In this document: piece by piece, positions 1 through 9,256 of the stretch
Numbering within the stretch: position 1 is the stretch's first letter
How the letters are laid out: every line of letters starts with the position of its first letter
From: an uncultured virus (IMG/VR IMGVR_UViG_3300044641_002811)
Taxonomy: Duplodnaviria > Heunggongvirae > Uroviricota > Caudoviricetes
IMG/VR virus record: IMGVR_UViG_3300044641_002811
Direction: 5' to 3' (one strand)
DNA: 64,000 bases
Made by a program: the position numbers and the translations under genes
Notes under the pieces: generated by a model
Told to the model about the DNA's origin: nothing
Seen by the model: the letters and a program-made list of their open reading frames with translations, nothing else
Databases searched by the model: none

Positions 1-106
1 CGAACACCGCACAAGCGGTGAGCAGTGCGGCCAGGGTCAGGAGACGGTCAGTCATTGGGAAGCGTGGTTTGCTTGCCTCCCATTGTTTCACACTATCGGC
101 CAGGCG

Positions 107-571
107 TCAAGCCTGCCGCTTGTCTTCCACCGTGATATTAAGCGTGGGTGCAGCGGCTGCCTGTTGCTCTGGTGCAGCCTCTCCAATCACTGCGCCCATA
201 TCTTTGAGCAGCATCGCCACCGTCTGCAGCTGGCCTTTCGCCATGGCCTTACGGCAGGCAGACAGCCTCAGTGCCTGGATTTGGTTCAGCAGTTCGCCTC
301 TGGTGGCGATTTGCTCCGTCTTGAGCAGTTCGGTAGCACGGCTATAGTCCTCATCCGCCGTTCTCTGAGATACATTGAAGCGATCTGCCAGCTTCTGGGT
401 GATCTGCCTGCGCGTGCCACCATTCAGGATTTCGGCGTAACACCAGTTCGCCCGCTCCTCTACGCGAACGCTCGATCCCTTGCCGCCGCGCCAGCGCTTG
501 GACTCGTCGTTGGCAACGGTCGTAGATTTCGTTACTTCCAACTCGTCTGAATCGGGCACCGTTTGAGTCAC
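107..571 (-). CDS. HTH protein, possibly terminase small subunit
   Basis: HTH-like segment RRQITQKLADRFNVSQRTADEDY, then helices and a C-terminal LNITVE strand typical of TerS; family not confirmed. Confidence 0.4.
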   Translation of the reverse strand: MTQTVPDSDELEVTKSTTVANDESKRWRGGKGSSVRVEERANWCYAEILNGGTRRQITQKLADRFNVSQRTADEDYSRATELLKTEQIATRGELLNQIQALRLSACRKAMAKGQLQTVAMLLKDMGAVIGEAAPEQQAAAAPTLNITVEDKRQA

Positions 572-619
572 AAACTCTGTAGCCCAATGCTAACCTCTCC
601 TGCTGTCACGTTTGCAGCG

Positions 620-643
620 AAAAGCCCGACGCTAAGGCCGGGC
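620..643 (-). terminator. Rho-independent terminator
   Basis: GCCCGGC-CTTAGC-GTCGGGC hairpin followed by TTTT on the minus strand, after ORF 666-914. Confidence 0.5.
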
Positions 644-665
644 CGTTGATCGGTAGGGGCGCCAG

Positions 666-914
666 TCAATAAGACGGCAAGACAAACGCCACTGTGCACG
701 AGCCTACGGGCCTCAGCTCGAAGCCCTCGCCCATCTCAAATGTCCGGCATCGGCAACCTGTCAGCCCCAGGGCAGCCTTAGCAGCCGTCACGATCTGCCG
801 GCGGCTGGCATCCTGGGGAAGCGCCAGCTGATCACGCCGAACCCAGCTGTAGTTAGCCTCGCCGCCGAACGTATCGGTAAGCTCAACATCCCAAACGGTA
901 AGAGTTTCCAGCAT
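666..914 (-). CDS. hypothetical phage protein
   Basis: 82-aa ORF with ELTDTFGGEANYSWV motif, co-oriented with neighbours. Confidence 0.7.
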   Translation of the reverse strand: MLETLTVWDVELTDTFGGEANYSWVRRDQLALPQDASRRQIVTAAKAALGLTGCRCRTFEMGEGFELRPVGSCTVAFVLPSY

Positions 915-917
915 CGC

Positions 918-1250
918 TCAGCCCTCCAGTGCGTTAGTGCGCTCGAAATAATCCGCCACGGCGAGCCAGAGCTCCAAGGCCGGATACTGGCAAGCGGTAA
1001 AGTCGATCTCACCGCTAGCCGTAACCTCTAGGCGGGTTCCCCAATACGTGCCAGGCACAAGCAGTTCGGCACTGCGGCAGCGTGCGGGCCAGCTGCGCAG
1101 AACTGCCAGCCGCTGCCGGTCGCGCTTGCTTTTGTCGTTGCGCCACGCTCGCACTTCGTCAGCACGAGTACAACGAGGGTCGAAATAATCCTGCTGTCTG
1201 ATGGTGGCGTGGCGGCTGGCGTATGCCAGTAGATCCTGAACTGTTGCCAT
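918..1250 (-). CDS. hypothetical phage protein
   Basis: ORF 918-1385; start moved to MATVQDLL at 1250 to remove overlap with the upstream gene. Confidence 0.6.
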   Translation of the reverse strand: MATVQDLLAYASRHATIRQQDYFDPRCTRADEVRAWRNDKSKRDRQRLAVLRSWPARCRSAELLVPGTYWGTRLEVTASGEIDFTACQYPALELWLAVADYFERTNALEG

Positions 1251-1308
1251 GGTGTGAGCCTTAGGGTGGGGTCTCGTGTGTGAGTGTAGAACCGGATCCG
1301 GATAGGTG

Positions 1309-2166
1309 TCAAGCCAAGGCAGGCGCCAGGGCATCGCGGGAGCCATCCGGCCACGGGTAAGACTCCCGGCGCCATTCCTGATCAAGCGGCAGCAGTGCCA
1401 GGCCGGTTAGCCCCACGAGATCCAGGCGGTCGATTCCTGCGGCGATCCGCTCCAGCCTGATGTAGGCGCCGGTGCTAAGGTCCTGCACTTCCCATTCCTC
1501 GCCGGCCATTTCGCGGCAAGCGTTGAAAAGCTCCAGCAGATCGCGCTCCAGCTGATCATCGGGCAAGGAGTCCAGCTGATCATCAGCCCAGAATTTCGCG
1601 GTGCTGGGGCCGTAAGCGTTACGCTCCAGCACGTCCACCGGACAATAGGCAGCCAGCTGATCTCGGATTGCGTCGCGCCAGTCTGACGCGTAGCAGTCCT
1701 GCCAGGCCCGGTCGATCTCTTCCAGCTCCAGTGTGGAGTGCTCGTCTTCAGAAATCAGCGGATAGGATTCCAGCGCCTCCATGGTTTCGATGACGTCAGC
1801 CGGAACCCGCAGCAGATCCAACACAACGCCGGACCCGTTCCAGCCATAGCCGACGGTGAGGATGCCGCCGTTTGGGTCGGGTGTGCTGGCGGGATCGGTG
1901 AGCACGTTGTAATTAGCCTTGCCCACTAGGCCGGTGCTGGCGTAATCGCTCCAGCTGCAATAGGAAGGAACGAAACCTAGGGAGACGCCGCGCCAGCGCT
2001 CGGATAGGCAGGTTTCGAGATGGCGCTCCGGGGTCTGGTGCCAGGAGCCGAAACCATCGCGCTCGGGTTCGCCGTCTCGGATCAGCAGCCAGTGCCCGGA
2101 GCATCCGGCGAGACGGTCGATCCGCTCCAGCAGAGCGGGGCTGGCTTTGGGTGTGGTGGTTTGCAT
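1309..2166 (-). CDS. hypothetical phage protein
   Basis: 285-aa acidic ORF with ATG start. Confidence 0.75.
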   Translation of the reverse strand: MQTTTPKASPALLERIDRLAGCSGHWLLIRDGEPERDGFGSWHQTPERHLETCLSERWRGVSLGFVPSYCSWSDYASTGLVGKANYNVLTDPASTPDPNGGILTVGYGWNGSGVVLDLLRVPADVIETMEALESYPLISEDEHSTLELEEIDRAWQDCYASDWRDAIRDQLAAYCPVDVLERNAYGPSTAKFWADDQLDSLPDDQLERDLLELFNACREMAGEEWEVQDLSTGAYIRLERIAAGIDRLDLVGLTGLALLPLDQEWRRESYPWPDGSRDALAPALA

Positions 2167-2270
2167 GGCAGGGTGTGCCTTGGTTGCTTCCCCACAATAC
2201 TACATCAGAGCCAGCTGGCAAGCCTTGCGCCTGGTGGTAGTGTTAGAGGGTAACCCTCACCCATAGGGAG

Positions 2271-2681
2271 ATGTTCACCAGCGAGAAGGAACGGCAGCAG
2301 CTTGCCCGAGATCAGCGGGAAGCTGAGCGGGAGATGACGCGCCAGGAGAAACGGGCGCTGCGAGACCTGCGCTACTGCGCGGAACGCTCCACCCTCTCAG
2401 AGATCGAGTGGCGTGATCTGCTGCGGCTGCACCAGCTGCACGGCAAGGAAGGGATCCGGGAGCTTTGGGAGTCCGTCATCCCATACTGGAATCAGTGCCA
2501 AGCTCGCAATGGTGGCGAACCCTGCCCCAACGATCTCGTGCCAGCAGGCTTGAAATTAAGTGTAAAAAACGCGCGCACGACACCGACGACACGCAAACCA
2601 CCAGGCGCCCCACGCAAACCCCGCGCCGATGCCGGCAAACCTCGCGCCAGTTACAGGCAACGCACCAAGTCTGCAGGCTGA
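2271..2681 (+). CDS. hypothetical protein with basic C-terminal tail
   Basis: 136-aa ORF preceded by AGGGAG and followed by a terminator. Confidence 0.65.
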   Translation: MFTSEKERQQLARDQREAEREMTRQEKRALRDLRYCAERSTLSEIEWRDLLRLHQLHGKEGIRELWESVIPYWNQCQARNGGEPCPNDLVPAGLKLSVKNARTTPTTRKPPGAPRKPRADAGKPRASYRQRTKSAG

Positions 2682-2688
2682 CCTTAAT

Positions 2689-2713
2689 GGCTCCCCTAGC
2701 GGGAGCCTTTCTT
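2689..2713 (+). terminator. Rho-independent terminator
   Basis: GGCTCCC-CTAGC-GGGAGCC followed by TTTCTT. Confidence 0.6.
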
Positions 2714-2889
2714 GCTCCCATGGATGAGACGCAAGCGACTCGGCCTGAGACGCCCCAGGCTTGAGGGTAGAGTCTCTCCCCCTGGCTCCCGGTCGGGCAC
2801 CATCAGCGCCAGTGCTCGCAGTGCCAAGCCAACCCCGATCAGTACCAACGCAGTAGCGGCAAGACTCATGAGACTCACTTGAGACAGCA

Positions 2890-3051
2890 TGAATGGCCGA
2901 TCCAGCTAGTGAATGGCCTTTATTCAGGGTATTGATGAATGCCGTTTATTGACACAAGTTATGAATGGCGAATGTTAAACATGAATGAATTTTTAAGCGT
3001 GAATGGCCTCTTGGATGGCATCGAAGTATTTGTGACAGCGTTCCATGAATG
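2890..3051. repeat. array of TGAATG direct repeats in an AT-rich gap
   Basis: TGAATG begins at 2890, 2910, 2936, 2962, 2982, 3000 and 3046. Confidence 0.7.
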
Positions 3052-3865
3052 ACTTTTCTGCCTGTTCCAGCTCTACTGCATCCATGTAGTGGACGTTAGG
3101 GGTGCCACAGCGGCGTGCCAGCACAATCACGGCGCCGGATGCTTTTAAGCCGGTTAAATGCTTGAGTCCCAGTGAATATGCTCCACATTGGTCGATATAC
3201 GAATGACCGCTGGGAAGCCTGTCGTCGCGGTCGGTTTTACGTCCCACGCTGGTCTTCCAGTCGACAACATGAATGCCTTGTTTACTTTTTAAGGTGAGTA
3301 AAGCGTCGGCAGTGCCGGCGAAGCCGGCTGGGTGGTGAATGGAAAATTCCGATGCAAAAATCTCGGTTACGTTCTCAGCGATCCAGTCAGATAAAGATCG
3401 AGCGTAACCTTTTGCGCTGAAACCTACGGGGGGAACATTGGGGCGTACCCTTTTGAGTGCCCATTGGGTGATGGGGGTGGGAATACGCGCCAGGCCTTGT
3501 TCGTCCCAGCGAATGGAGTTGCGTTTGTTTGCTGTAGACCGGGCTAATTGCATGGAGGTTTTTAATAGATACTCTGCTTGATTGTGCGTCATGTTGCCTC
3601 TGTTTGCTGCAACATTGCGCTGGCAGGTAGCTTCGGCTTCCCCAAGGCGTGCGGCCCAGCGTTCCAGTCCGGTGGTGTCGCTTGTCTCTTTTAGTATTCT
3701 AGTTACACTGTGATACACGTTACCGTTAATGTCCCGGTAGATTCTGCCGCCGGGGTCGGATTCGTCGTCACGTTCCAGCTTCCAACGCCTCAATCCAGCA
3801 AGTGTGTCTTGTGTATTAGGCATTGAAGGTACTATTTCCCTTCTGGATTCTAATACAGGTGTCAA
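2993..3865 (-). CDS. PD-(D/E)XK exonuclease
   Basis: HSVTRIL, RGNMTH, SEFSI..GFAGTAD..VVDWKT and QCGAY motifs. Confidence 0.85.
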   Translation of the reverse strand: MTPVLESRREIVPSMPNTQDTLAGLRRWKLERDDESDPGGRIYRDINGNVYHSVTRILKETSDTTGLERWAARLGEAEATCQRNVAANRGNMTHNQAEYLLKTSMQLARSTANKRNSIRWDEQGLARIPTPITQWALKRVRPNVPPVGFSAKGYARSLSDWIAENVTEIFASEFSIHHPAGFAGTADALLTLKSKQGIHVVDWKTSVGRKTDRDDRLPSGHSYIDQCGAYSLGLKHLTGLKASGAVIVLARRCGTPNVHYMDAVELEQAEKSFMERCHKYFDAIQEAIHA

Positions 3866-4344
3866 GCTGCAAAATCGCCGTGCAAGCGCCTCCTGGCTTT
3901 TAGGTATGCAGCATGAGCCTCTTCAGGCGTGTCATACGTACCAAGGTAAACAGCCTTCCCTTGGGTTATAAGGCGAGCCTTGAAACGCCCATTTGCCTTG
4001 CACCAGCCTTTCATCCCGAGAATGTTGGCGCGGTTTTGTACATCACTACATAGCCGTAGGTTCCAGATGCGGTTGTTTGCCTTGTTTTGGTCTTTGTGGT
4101 CAATCTGCACAGCACCGGGATCGGCGCCTGTGACCCATGCCCACACAAGGCGATGGGCTCTCAACTGAAAATTACCGAGCTTGATAGACCTGTAGCCGTA
4201 AGCGTCTACAAAACCAGCAGGTATATCCAAGCGTGTTTGAGAGCTACGGCGAACACGCCAGAAAAGCTCTCCGGTGAGAGGGTTAAAGGAAAACAGCTCC
4301 CATAACTCCGCCGTGGAGGGAAGGGGCCTGTATGCTCGTGCCAT
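3862..4344 (-). CDS. HNH homing endonuclease with AP2-like C-terminus
   Basis: AHRLVW..IDHKDQNKANNRIWNLR, then YLGTYDTPEEAHAAY. Confidence 0.9.
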   Translation of the reverse strand: MARAYRPLPSTAELWELFSFNPLTGELFWRVRRSSQTRLDIPAGFVDAYGYRSIKLGNFQLRAHRLVWAWVTGADPGAVQIDHKDQNKANNRIWNLRLCSDVQNRANILGMKGWCKANGRFKARLITQGKAVYLGTYDTPEEAHAAYLKARRRLHGDFAA

Positions 4345-4407
4345 CGCCTATTGCAGGTAGGTGGTCGGGGGCAGGGTGTTAGCGCACCGCTGCCCCACCA
4401 TTTTACC
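4342..4407 (-). promoter_or_regulatory. -10 box plus structured leader (copy 1)
   Basis: GGTAAAAT-GGT-GGGGCAG-C-GGTG-CGCTAA-CACC-CTGCCCC-CGACCA-CCTA-(7 nt)-TAGG-CG-ATG. Confidence 0.6.
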
Positions 4408-4409
4408 TA

Positions 4410-4991
4410 TCAGGCAGGCTTGAACGGGTTCGCACCTGTGAGCAAGCGCGAGATGTCAAAGCCTTCAGCTTTGGCTTCGATCCAAGCGGAATCAATATGT
4501 TCTTGCGAACCTTTTTTCCGGGGAAGAGGTCGGACAGTGTATTCAGTAGTCAAACCAGAACCTTTCTTGCCGATGGAAAAATCCCATTCGAGGAGATTGG
4601 TGTATTCATCAACTTGGGAGATCTGGTCGATTTCTTTGAGGATCGACTTTTGGGTGATCTGCAGGACTTGAACTTTGCCTGACTCGTAGTTGTAAACCGG
4701 GCAAGCGATGGCAAACTTCACGTCTGCTGTTCCAGGGCCGCCGCGTCCTTCGCGGGGTTCAAACTCGCCCATTTCGGCGACCACGTCCTCGTAGGTGGGC
4801 TCGAAGTCGAAGCGGAAGGGCTTATTGGCGCCGTTGGCGGCACCCCAGGCCTCGTAGAACTCCAGAGGTTCGTCAGTGAGTAGGGCGAAGCGGACAGATC
4901 CACCATCGGGGAGTTTGCTGAGGCTCAGGTAGCCGCCGCCGCTGTTGCCGCCGTTGACGTTTGCAGATGCGGATTTTGAAAGGAAGGCCAT
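4410..4991 (-). CDS. single-stranded DNA-binding protein-like
   Basis: Phage SSB-like pattern (YLSLSKL..SVRF..GSGLTTEY..NPF), located between exonuclease and primase. Confidence 0.6.
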   Translation of the reverse strand: MAFLSKSASANVNGGNSGGGYLSLSKLPDGGSVRFALLTDEPLEFYEAWGAANGANKPFRFDFEPTYEDVVAEMGEFEPREGRGGPGTADVKFAIACPVYNYESGKVQVLQITQKSILKEIDQISQVDEYTNLLEWDFSIGKKGSGLTTEYTVRPLPRKKGSQEHIDSAWIEAKAEGFDISRLLTGANPFKPA

Positions 4992-5131
4992 GGTTTAGGT
5001 GTTTGGTGTGGTCGGCAGGAGTGCCAACGCCTTACACAGTAACACGTGCTTGACCGGCTGGCTACCATGAAAAAACGCCCCTACAGCTGAGCTGCGGGGG
5101 CGTGGATTCCATTCTCATGTGAGACTCTAAC

Positions 5132-7528
5132 ATGTCGCAAAGTAAGACGCAGGATCTGCTGGCTTTTGTGCGCCAGCTGCCTGTGGGGATGGCGTACGCG
5201 CCGATTTACGCCAAAGGTGAGAAGCTGCCGTCTGGCTCGGTAAGCAAGGGCAAGACGCCTACAAAGCGCAGTCACGACGAGGTGATGAGCCCGGCTGACG
5301 TGGCTTTGCAGATTGAGCGCCAGCCGAAGGTGTTCCAGGCGGTGGGCGTCTTTACCGGCGGTCGCAGTATGGGACTCGTGATTCTTGATGTGGATCGGAA
5401 TCTCAGCCGTCTCAAAAAGAAGTGGGGGGATTCGCTGGAGGGTGCTCCAGTCGTTACCTCGACCAAAGCGAACGCTGCGAAGTACCTGTTCCGCGTTCCT
5501 GAGGCCCTGTGGGGCTCGGTGCAGGGTTTTGGGTTGTCGGATACCGGGGCTGGGTACGAGGTGCTCTGGGGCCGTCAGGGCGTCATCTACGGGGCTTATC
5601 CGGGCTCCAGTGATGGGAAGGCACCGGAGGGCTCGTATGGCTTTGAAGGGGACTTGGAGGCGATTCCAGAGGCTCCTGCGTGGCTGATCGCTGAGATGAA
5701 GGAGCGGGCCGGTAAGGGCGTCGAGGATGCCGGCTTCATTAGGAACCGCAAGGCGCTCGATTTCTCGGATCGAGACCCGGCTGAGGTGGCTGAGATCATT
5801 CAGTCGGCACTGAAGGTCATTCCGGGGCAGGGCGCTGGTAGCCGAGACCACTGGGTGAAAGTGGGGATGGCGATCCACTCAGAACTGCCGACTGACCTAG
5901 GGCTAACGCTGTGGTCTGCTTGGTCTGCGGAAGACCCTGAATTTTCACAGGAATGGGAGGAGGGCAATCCCTGCGAAGCCGCCTGGAGGAGCTTCAGGAA
6001 GGGGCCTGTAAGCCTTGGGACGCTCTTCTGGATGGCGGACCAGCAGATGCCTGGGCGGCTGTGGCTTGCGGAGGATCTGCGGAAGGTTGTTGAGGAGGTT
6101 GAGGGCGATAACGTCACCCGGATTCGGCAGGTTGTCATCACCTACGCCGAGGTGATCCGCCGGGCCAAGGAGATCCAGCAGATTCAAAACCCAGCGGAAG
6201 CTGCGCACGCCATGAACGTGCTGGCGCTGGAGGCTGGTTATCGGGACGCTGGGGCGCTGGAGCGGTTGCTAATCGCTCAGATGCAGTTCGAGCAGCAAGA
6301 TGACGAAATGGCGATGGACAGCTTGCTGAACAAAGACCTGAAGTTTGAGTACCTGATCCCTGATCTGCTGCCTTGCCCTGGGACCGTGATGATTCACGGT
6401 GCTGGTGGGGATGGCAAATCCATGTCCGCTTGGACCATTGCCAAGCATGTGGCGCGTGGGATTCCGTTCTCCGTGCGGGGGGATCTTGTTCCAGTGGAAG
6501 CCGGTCCCGTTTTGATCCTTAACGGCGATCAATCCGAGGTGCAGGTTCAGCAGCAGCTGCGGGATCTGGAGTTCCAGTCGTCGGATCCGGTGACGGTGGT
6601 GATGGGGTGGGACCTCAACTGGTATTACCGCTTTGTGAAGCTGATCGAGAAGCACCAGCCGAAGCTCGTGATCATCGACTCGATCACTGGCTGCAGCAGG
6701 GGTTCGGCGTTCGATGAAAACAAAAAGGAGTTTGCGAGCCCGATCTACTGGTTGGCCAACAACAACGGGCGCATGTTCCCGGCGTGCACCATCCTGCTGA
6801 TCCACCACGCCAACAAGACCGGTGGATTCCGGGGTTCCACTGCCATCCGGGACGCTGTGGATGAGGTGTGGGGGCTGCGGAGGCCGGACAAAAAGCAGGT
6901 GGAGCAGACCGGCTACAACGCTCGCCTCATCACCGTCGAAAAATCCAGGGCGGGGCGTGATGGCTCCAAGCTGCTGATGAAGCTCGAAAGCGACCTGACC
7001 TTCTCGCTGGCGGACTACGTGGAGCTGGATACCGACAGCGCCAGCCCGGCTTCCATCGTGGACAGGGTGCTCCAGCGCCTTAGGGCTGCGTATCCGCGCT
7101 CTCTGAGCCGCTCTGACCTCGCTGCGGACGCGCTTTGCGGTGGAAGTGTGGCCGCTATCGGCAAGGCGCTCCAGAGGCTCGCTTCGAGGGGCTTGGTTGA
7201 GGTGGTCGGGCAGACCTCCACAGGTGCCAGACCTTCCAATTTGTACCAAGCTGTTCTCTCGCGTGATATGTGTGTGAATAAGTGTCCTGAATTAGGAAAA
7301 CCCAGTCAGGGACTGGGAAGTAAAAAAGGACAGCCCCTAAGCATGTCCTCTTTTGATGGAGAGACTGGAGCAAAAGAGGACAGCCCTACCCCCTGTCCCG
7401 ATTTACTTCCCAGTCATACCAATGGATCTGGCATAACGGGACAGGTTTTTGAACCCTCCCCAAGGGAAGAACGCACTCCGGAAGAGCTGGAGCAGCTGAT
7501 GCAGGAAGCCGCACGGCTGTGGGACTGA
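5132..7528 (+). CDS. Prim-Pol primase, PriCT-2 and AAA helicase fusion
   Basis: GLVILDVD Prim-Pol motif; WVKVGMAIH..WSAWS (PriCT-2); Walker A GAGGDGKS; Walker B LVIIDS. Confidence 0.9.
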   Translation: MSQSKTQDLLAFVRQLPVGMAYAPIYAKGEKLPSGSVSKGKTPTKRSHDEVMSPADVALQIERQPKVFQAVGVFTGGRSMGLVILDVDRNLSRLKKKWGDSLEGAPVVTSTKANAAKYLFRVPEALWGSVQGFGLSDTGAGYEVLWGRQGVIYGAYPGSSDGKAPEGSYGFEGDLEAIPEAPAWLIAEMKERAGKGVEDAGFIRNRKALDFSDRDPAEVAEIIQSALKVIPGQGAGSRDHWVKVGMAIHSELPTDLGLTLWSAWSAEDPEFSQEWEEGNPCEAAWRSFRKGPVSLGTLFWMADQQMPGRLWLAEDLRKVVEEVEGDNVTRIRQVVITYAEVIRRAKEIQQIQNPAEAAHAMNVLALEAGYRDAGALERLLIAQMQFEQQDDEMAMDSLLNKDLKFEYLIPDLLPCPGTVMIHGAGGDGKSMSAWTIAKHVARGIPFSVRGDLVPVEAGPVLILNGDQSEVQVQQQLRDLEFQSSDPVTVVMGWDLNWYYRFVKLIEKHQPKLVIIDSITGCSRGSAFDENKKEFASPIYWLANNNGRMFPACTILLIHHANKTGGFRGSTAIRDAVDEVWGLRRPDKKQVEQTGYNARLITVEKSRAGRDGSKLLMKLESDLTFSLADYVELDTDSASPASIVDRVLQRLRAAYPRSLSRSDLAADALCGGSVAAIGKALQRLASRGLVEVVGQTSTGARPSNLYQAVLSRDMCVNKCPELGKPSQGLGSKKGQPLSMSSFDGETGAKEDSPTPCPDLLPSHTNGSGITGQVFEPSPREERTPEELEQLMQEAARLWD

Positions 7529-7869
7529 TGGGCCACTTCACCCCGCCTAACTTTTTTCTAGGGCTCATGCGGGTTGCCGCGTGGGTGTTTTGGAGAGATC
7601 CCGTGAAGTCGGAACCGCCCCAGCCGAAACGCCCCAGGAAGCCCACCCTGGGGTACAACGTCGGCGACATTCCCTACGAGCTGCTCGCCGTGGTGCGGGT
7701 CTCGTGGTTCCGCAAGGGCATGGCCTACGAGGTGGAGGAGTACCAGATCGAGGAGTCGGACGACGCCCCGAAACAGTTCGCCTACATCGTTGGGACAGCA
7801 CTCCGCCAAGGCGCTGATGTCTGCGTGCTCACGCAGTACGAGCCAGCTGCTCTTGGTGTGCAAGAGTAG
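7528..7869 (+). CDS. hypothetical protein
   Basis: Translationally coupled (TGATG) to the primase gene. Confidence 0.7.
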   Translation: MGHFTPPNFFLGLMRVAAWVFWRDPVKSEPPQPKRPRKPTLGYNVGDIPYELLAVVRVSWFRKGMAYEVEEYQIEESDDAPKQFAYIVGTALRQGADVCVLTQYEPAALGVQE

Positions 7870-8078
7870 AAGAGTTCCCGCTCTGCCTAGCATCGGGCCG
7901 ACAGAGCCCAAGCCTCTGTACGCCCTTGAGGCGTCTCACGCTTGGGCCATCAAATTCGAGGGGTGCAGCTCGGTCGGGGCTGCATTAAACGCGACTCGCC
8001 CATAAACCTTTGTACGCCCCTCACCCCAAATCCACTGGTGCGACTAGCTTTTGTACCTAACTTAAAAACTTTTATGTA

Positions 8079-8285
8079 ATGACCGATCGCGTACCAGATT
8101 TCGGGGAAATCGTGCTGCCGCCTGATGGCGCGGTGGAGCAGCTTGAGTCCGAGGAGCAGGAAGGTCCCAGCGACTTTGAGCTGTGCAAGGTCTATCGGGA
8201 GGCGTACTTCGCCCACCCGATCCGCCAAGGGCCGTATGCGCAGGCAGCGGGGCTTCGTGCTGTCCTGGCGCGTTACGGCAAATAG
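8079..8285 (+). CDS. hypothetical protein
   Basis: 68-aa ORF ending RAVLARYGK. Confidence 0.6.
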   Translation: MTDRVPDFGEIVLPPDGAVEQLESEEQEGPSDFELCKVYREAYFAHPIRQGPYAQAAGLRAVLARYGK

Positions 8286-8509
8286 GTAGCCGGTGGTGGG
8301 TCCTCGCGCGGTGTCCACCTTGTTTCCCGCAGCCGGCTGCTACTGGACCGCCTAGATCCCTCAAAAAAGGTCTAGGACCAAAAGCGTAGCCAGCCTCAGC
8401 CGCCTTCGCGGTTGTGAAGAAAAGCAACAGCCAGGCCTTGCGCTTGGGCGGCTTGTGTGCAACACTAAGGGCAAGCCCGCCACGGCGAGCCCTCCATTAC
8501 TGATTAACA

Positions 8510-8752
8510 ATGTACGAACCATTCCAAGCCAAAGTCTCCAACACAGACCTCAGCCCCTGGTACTACGCCGTCGGCTGGGCCAGGCACTCGCTCCAGTTGC
8601 AGATCACCCGTTACAAGGGGCTCGGTCTCAACACCAACTACGAGGAGAAGCAGGTGGCCCAGCTGCTGGAGCTGGAGCAATTCTTGAAAATGTCGTGGGA
8701 TCAGTGGATGGAATCCCTGCTTCCCGGCGAAACTGCACAGGAGGTCAAGTGA
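8510..8752 (+). CDS. hypothetical protein
   Basis: 80 aa; first gene of a coupled operon. Confidence 0.65.
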   Translation: MYEPFQAKVSNTDLSPWYYAVGWARHSLQLQITRYKGLGLNTNYEEKQVAQLLELEQFLKMSWDQWMESLLPGETAQEVK

Positions 8753-9006
8753 GCCAGGTACAAAGCATTGAGGAGCTGCGATTTGAAGGCGACCATCTTG
8801 TTGTCGATGCCGTTGTTGACGACATGGTGGTGCGCTATGCGCAGACCGCCTTCGAGCCAGCGGAGTGGGGGCCTGCCCTGTGCCGAGGCACCCTCTACTT
8901 TTCAGATGAAGACTTGATTCCAGCGACAGATGCCGAACTCCGGGCCATGCTCACAGATCGGGTCGACGACTGGACTCCACTCGACACGTCTGATTGGGAC
9001 GTCTGA
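8749..9006 (+). CDS. hypothetical acidic protein
   Basis: GTG start overlapping the upstream stop, GGAGG RBS. Confidence 0.65.
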   Translation: MSQVQSIEELRFEGDHLVVDAVVDDMVVRYAQTAFEPAEWGPALCRGTLYFSDEDLIPATDAELRAMLTDRVDDWTPLDTSDWDV

Positions 9007-9256
9007 AGCTCGTGACCTACGTAACCAGGACGACTACGACGACTGGGAAGTAGGGCTAGAGCCCATACCGGGGGATACGCACTGGGTCCGGGTTCGCACC
9101 TTGACCCAGCTTTACCGCCACCTCATCTACGTGTTCGCCACCAGCGACACCATCAGCTCCACTCGACTTGCACAGCTGGCGATCCACGAGATTCTCAAGT
9201 TGAGACTCACGGATCTCACCCGGATACGTCAGCAAGATCCCAACTACTTCGCATGA
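8930..9256 (+). CDS. hypothetical protein
   Basis: ORF in coupled operon; start uncertain. Confidence 0.55.
   Translation: MPNSGPCSQIGSTTGLHSTRLIGTSEARDLRNQDDYDDWEVGLEPIPGDTHWVRVRTLTQLYRHLIYVFATSDTISSTRLAQLAIHEILKLRLTDLTRIRQQDPNYFA

Noticed and set aside
2890..3051. CRISPR array
   Set aside because: Repeats are only 6-9 bp with irregular short spacing and there are no cas genes; the adjacent nuclease is an ordinary phage exonuclease.
6269..7249. 326-aa antisense ORF (likewise 5081-5878, 35030-36181, 50237-50956)
   Set aside because: Shadow frames opposite well-supported genes, with no recognisable motifs.
8285..8372. HDV-like ribozyme fit (P1, GTT/AGC P3, TCCCGC loop, ACCTT/AAGGT P2)
   Set aside because: The GG needed right after P1 for P1.1 is missing and P4 is weak; kept only as an unclassified structured RNA.
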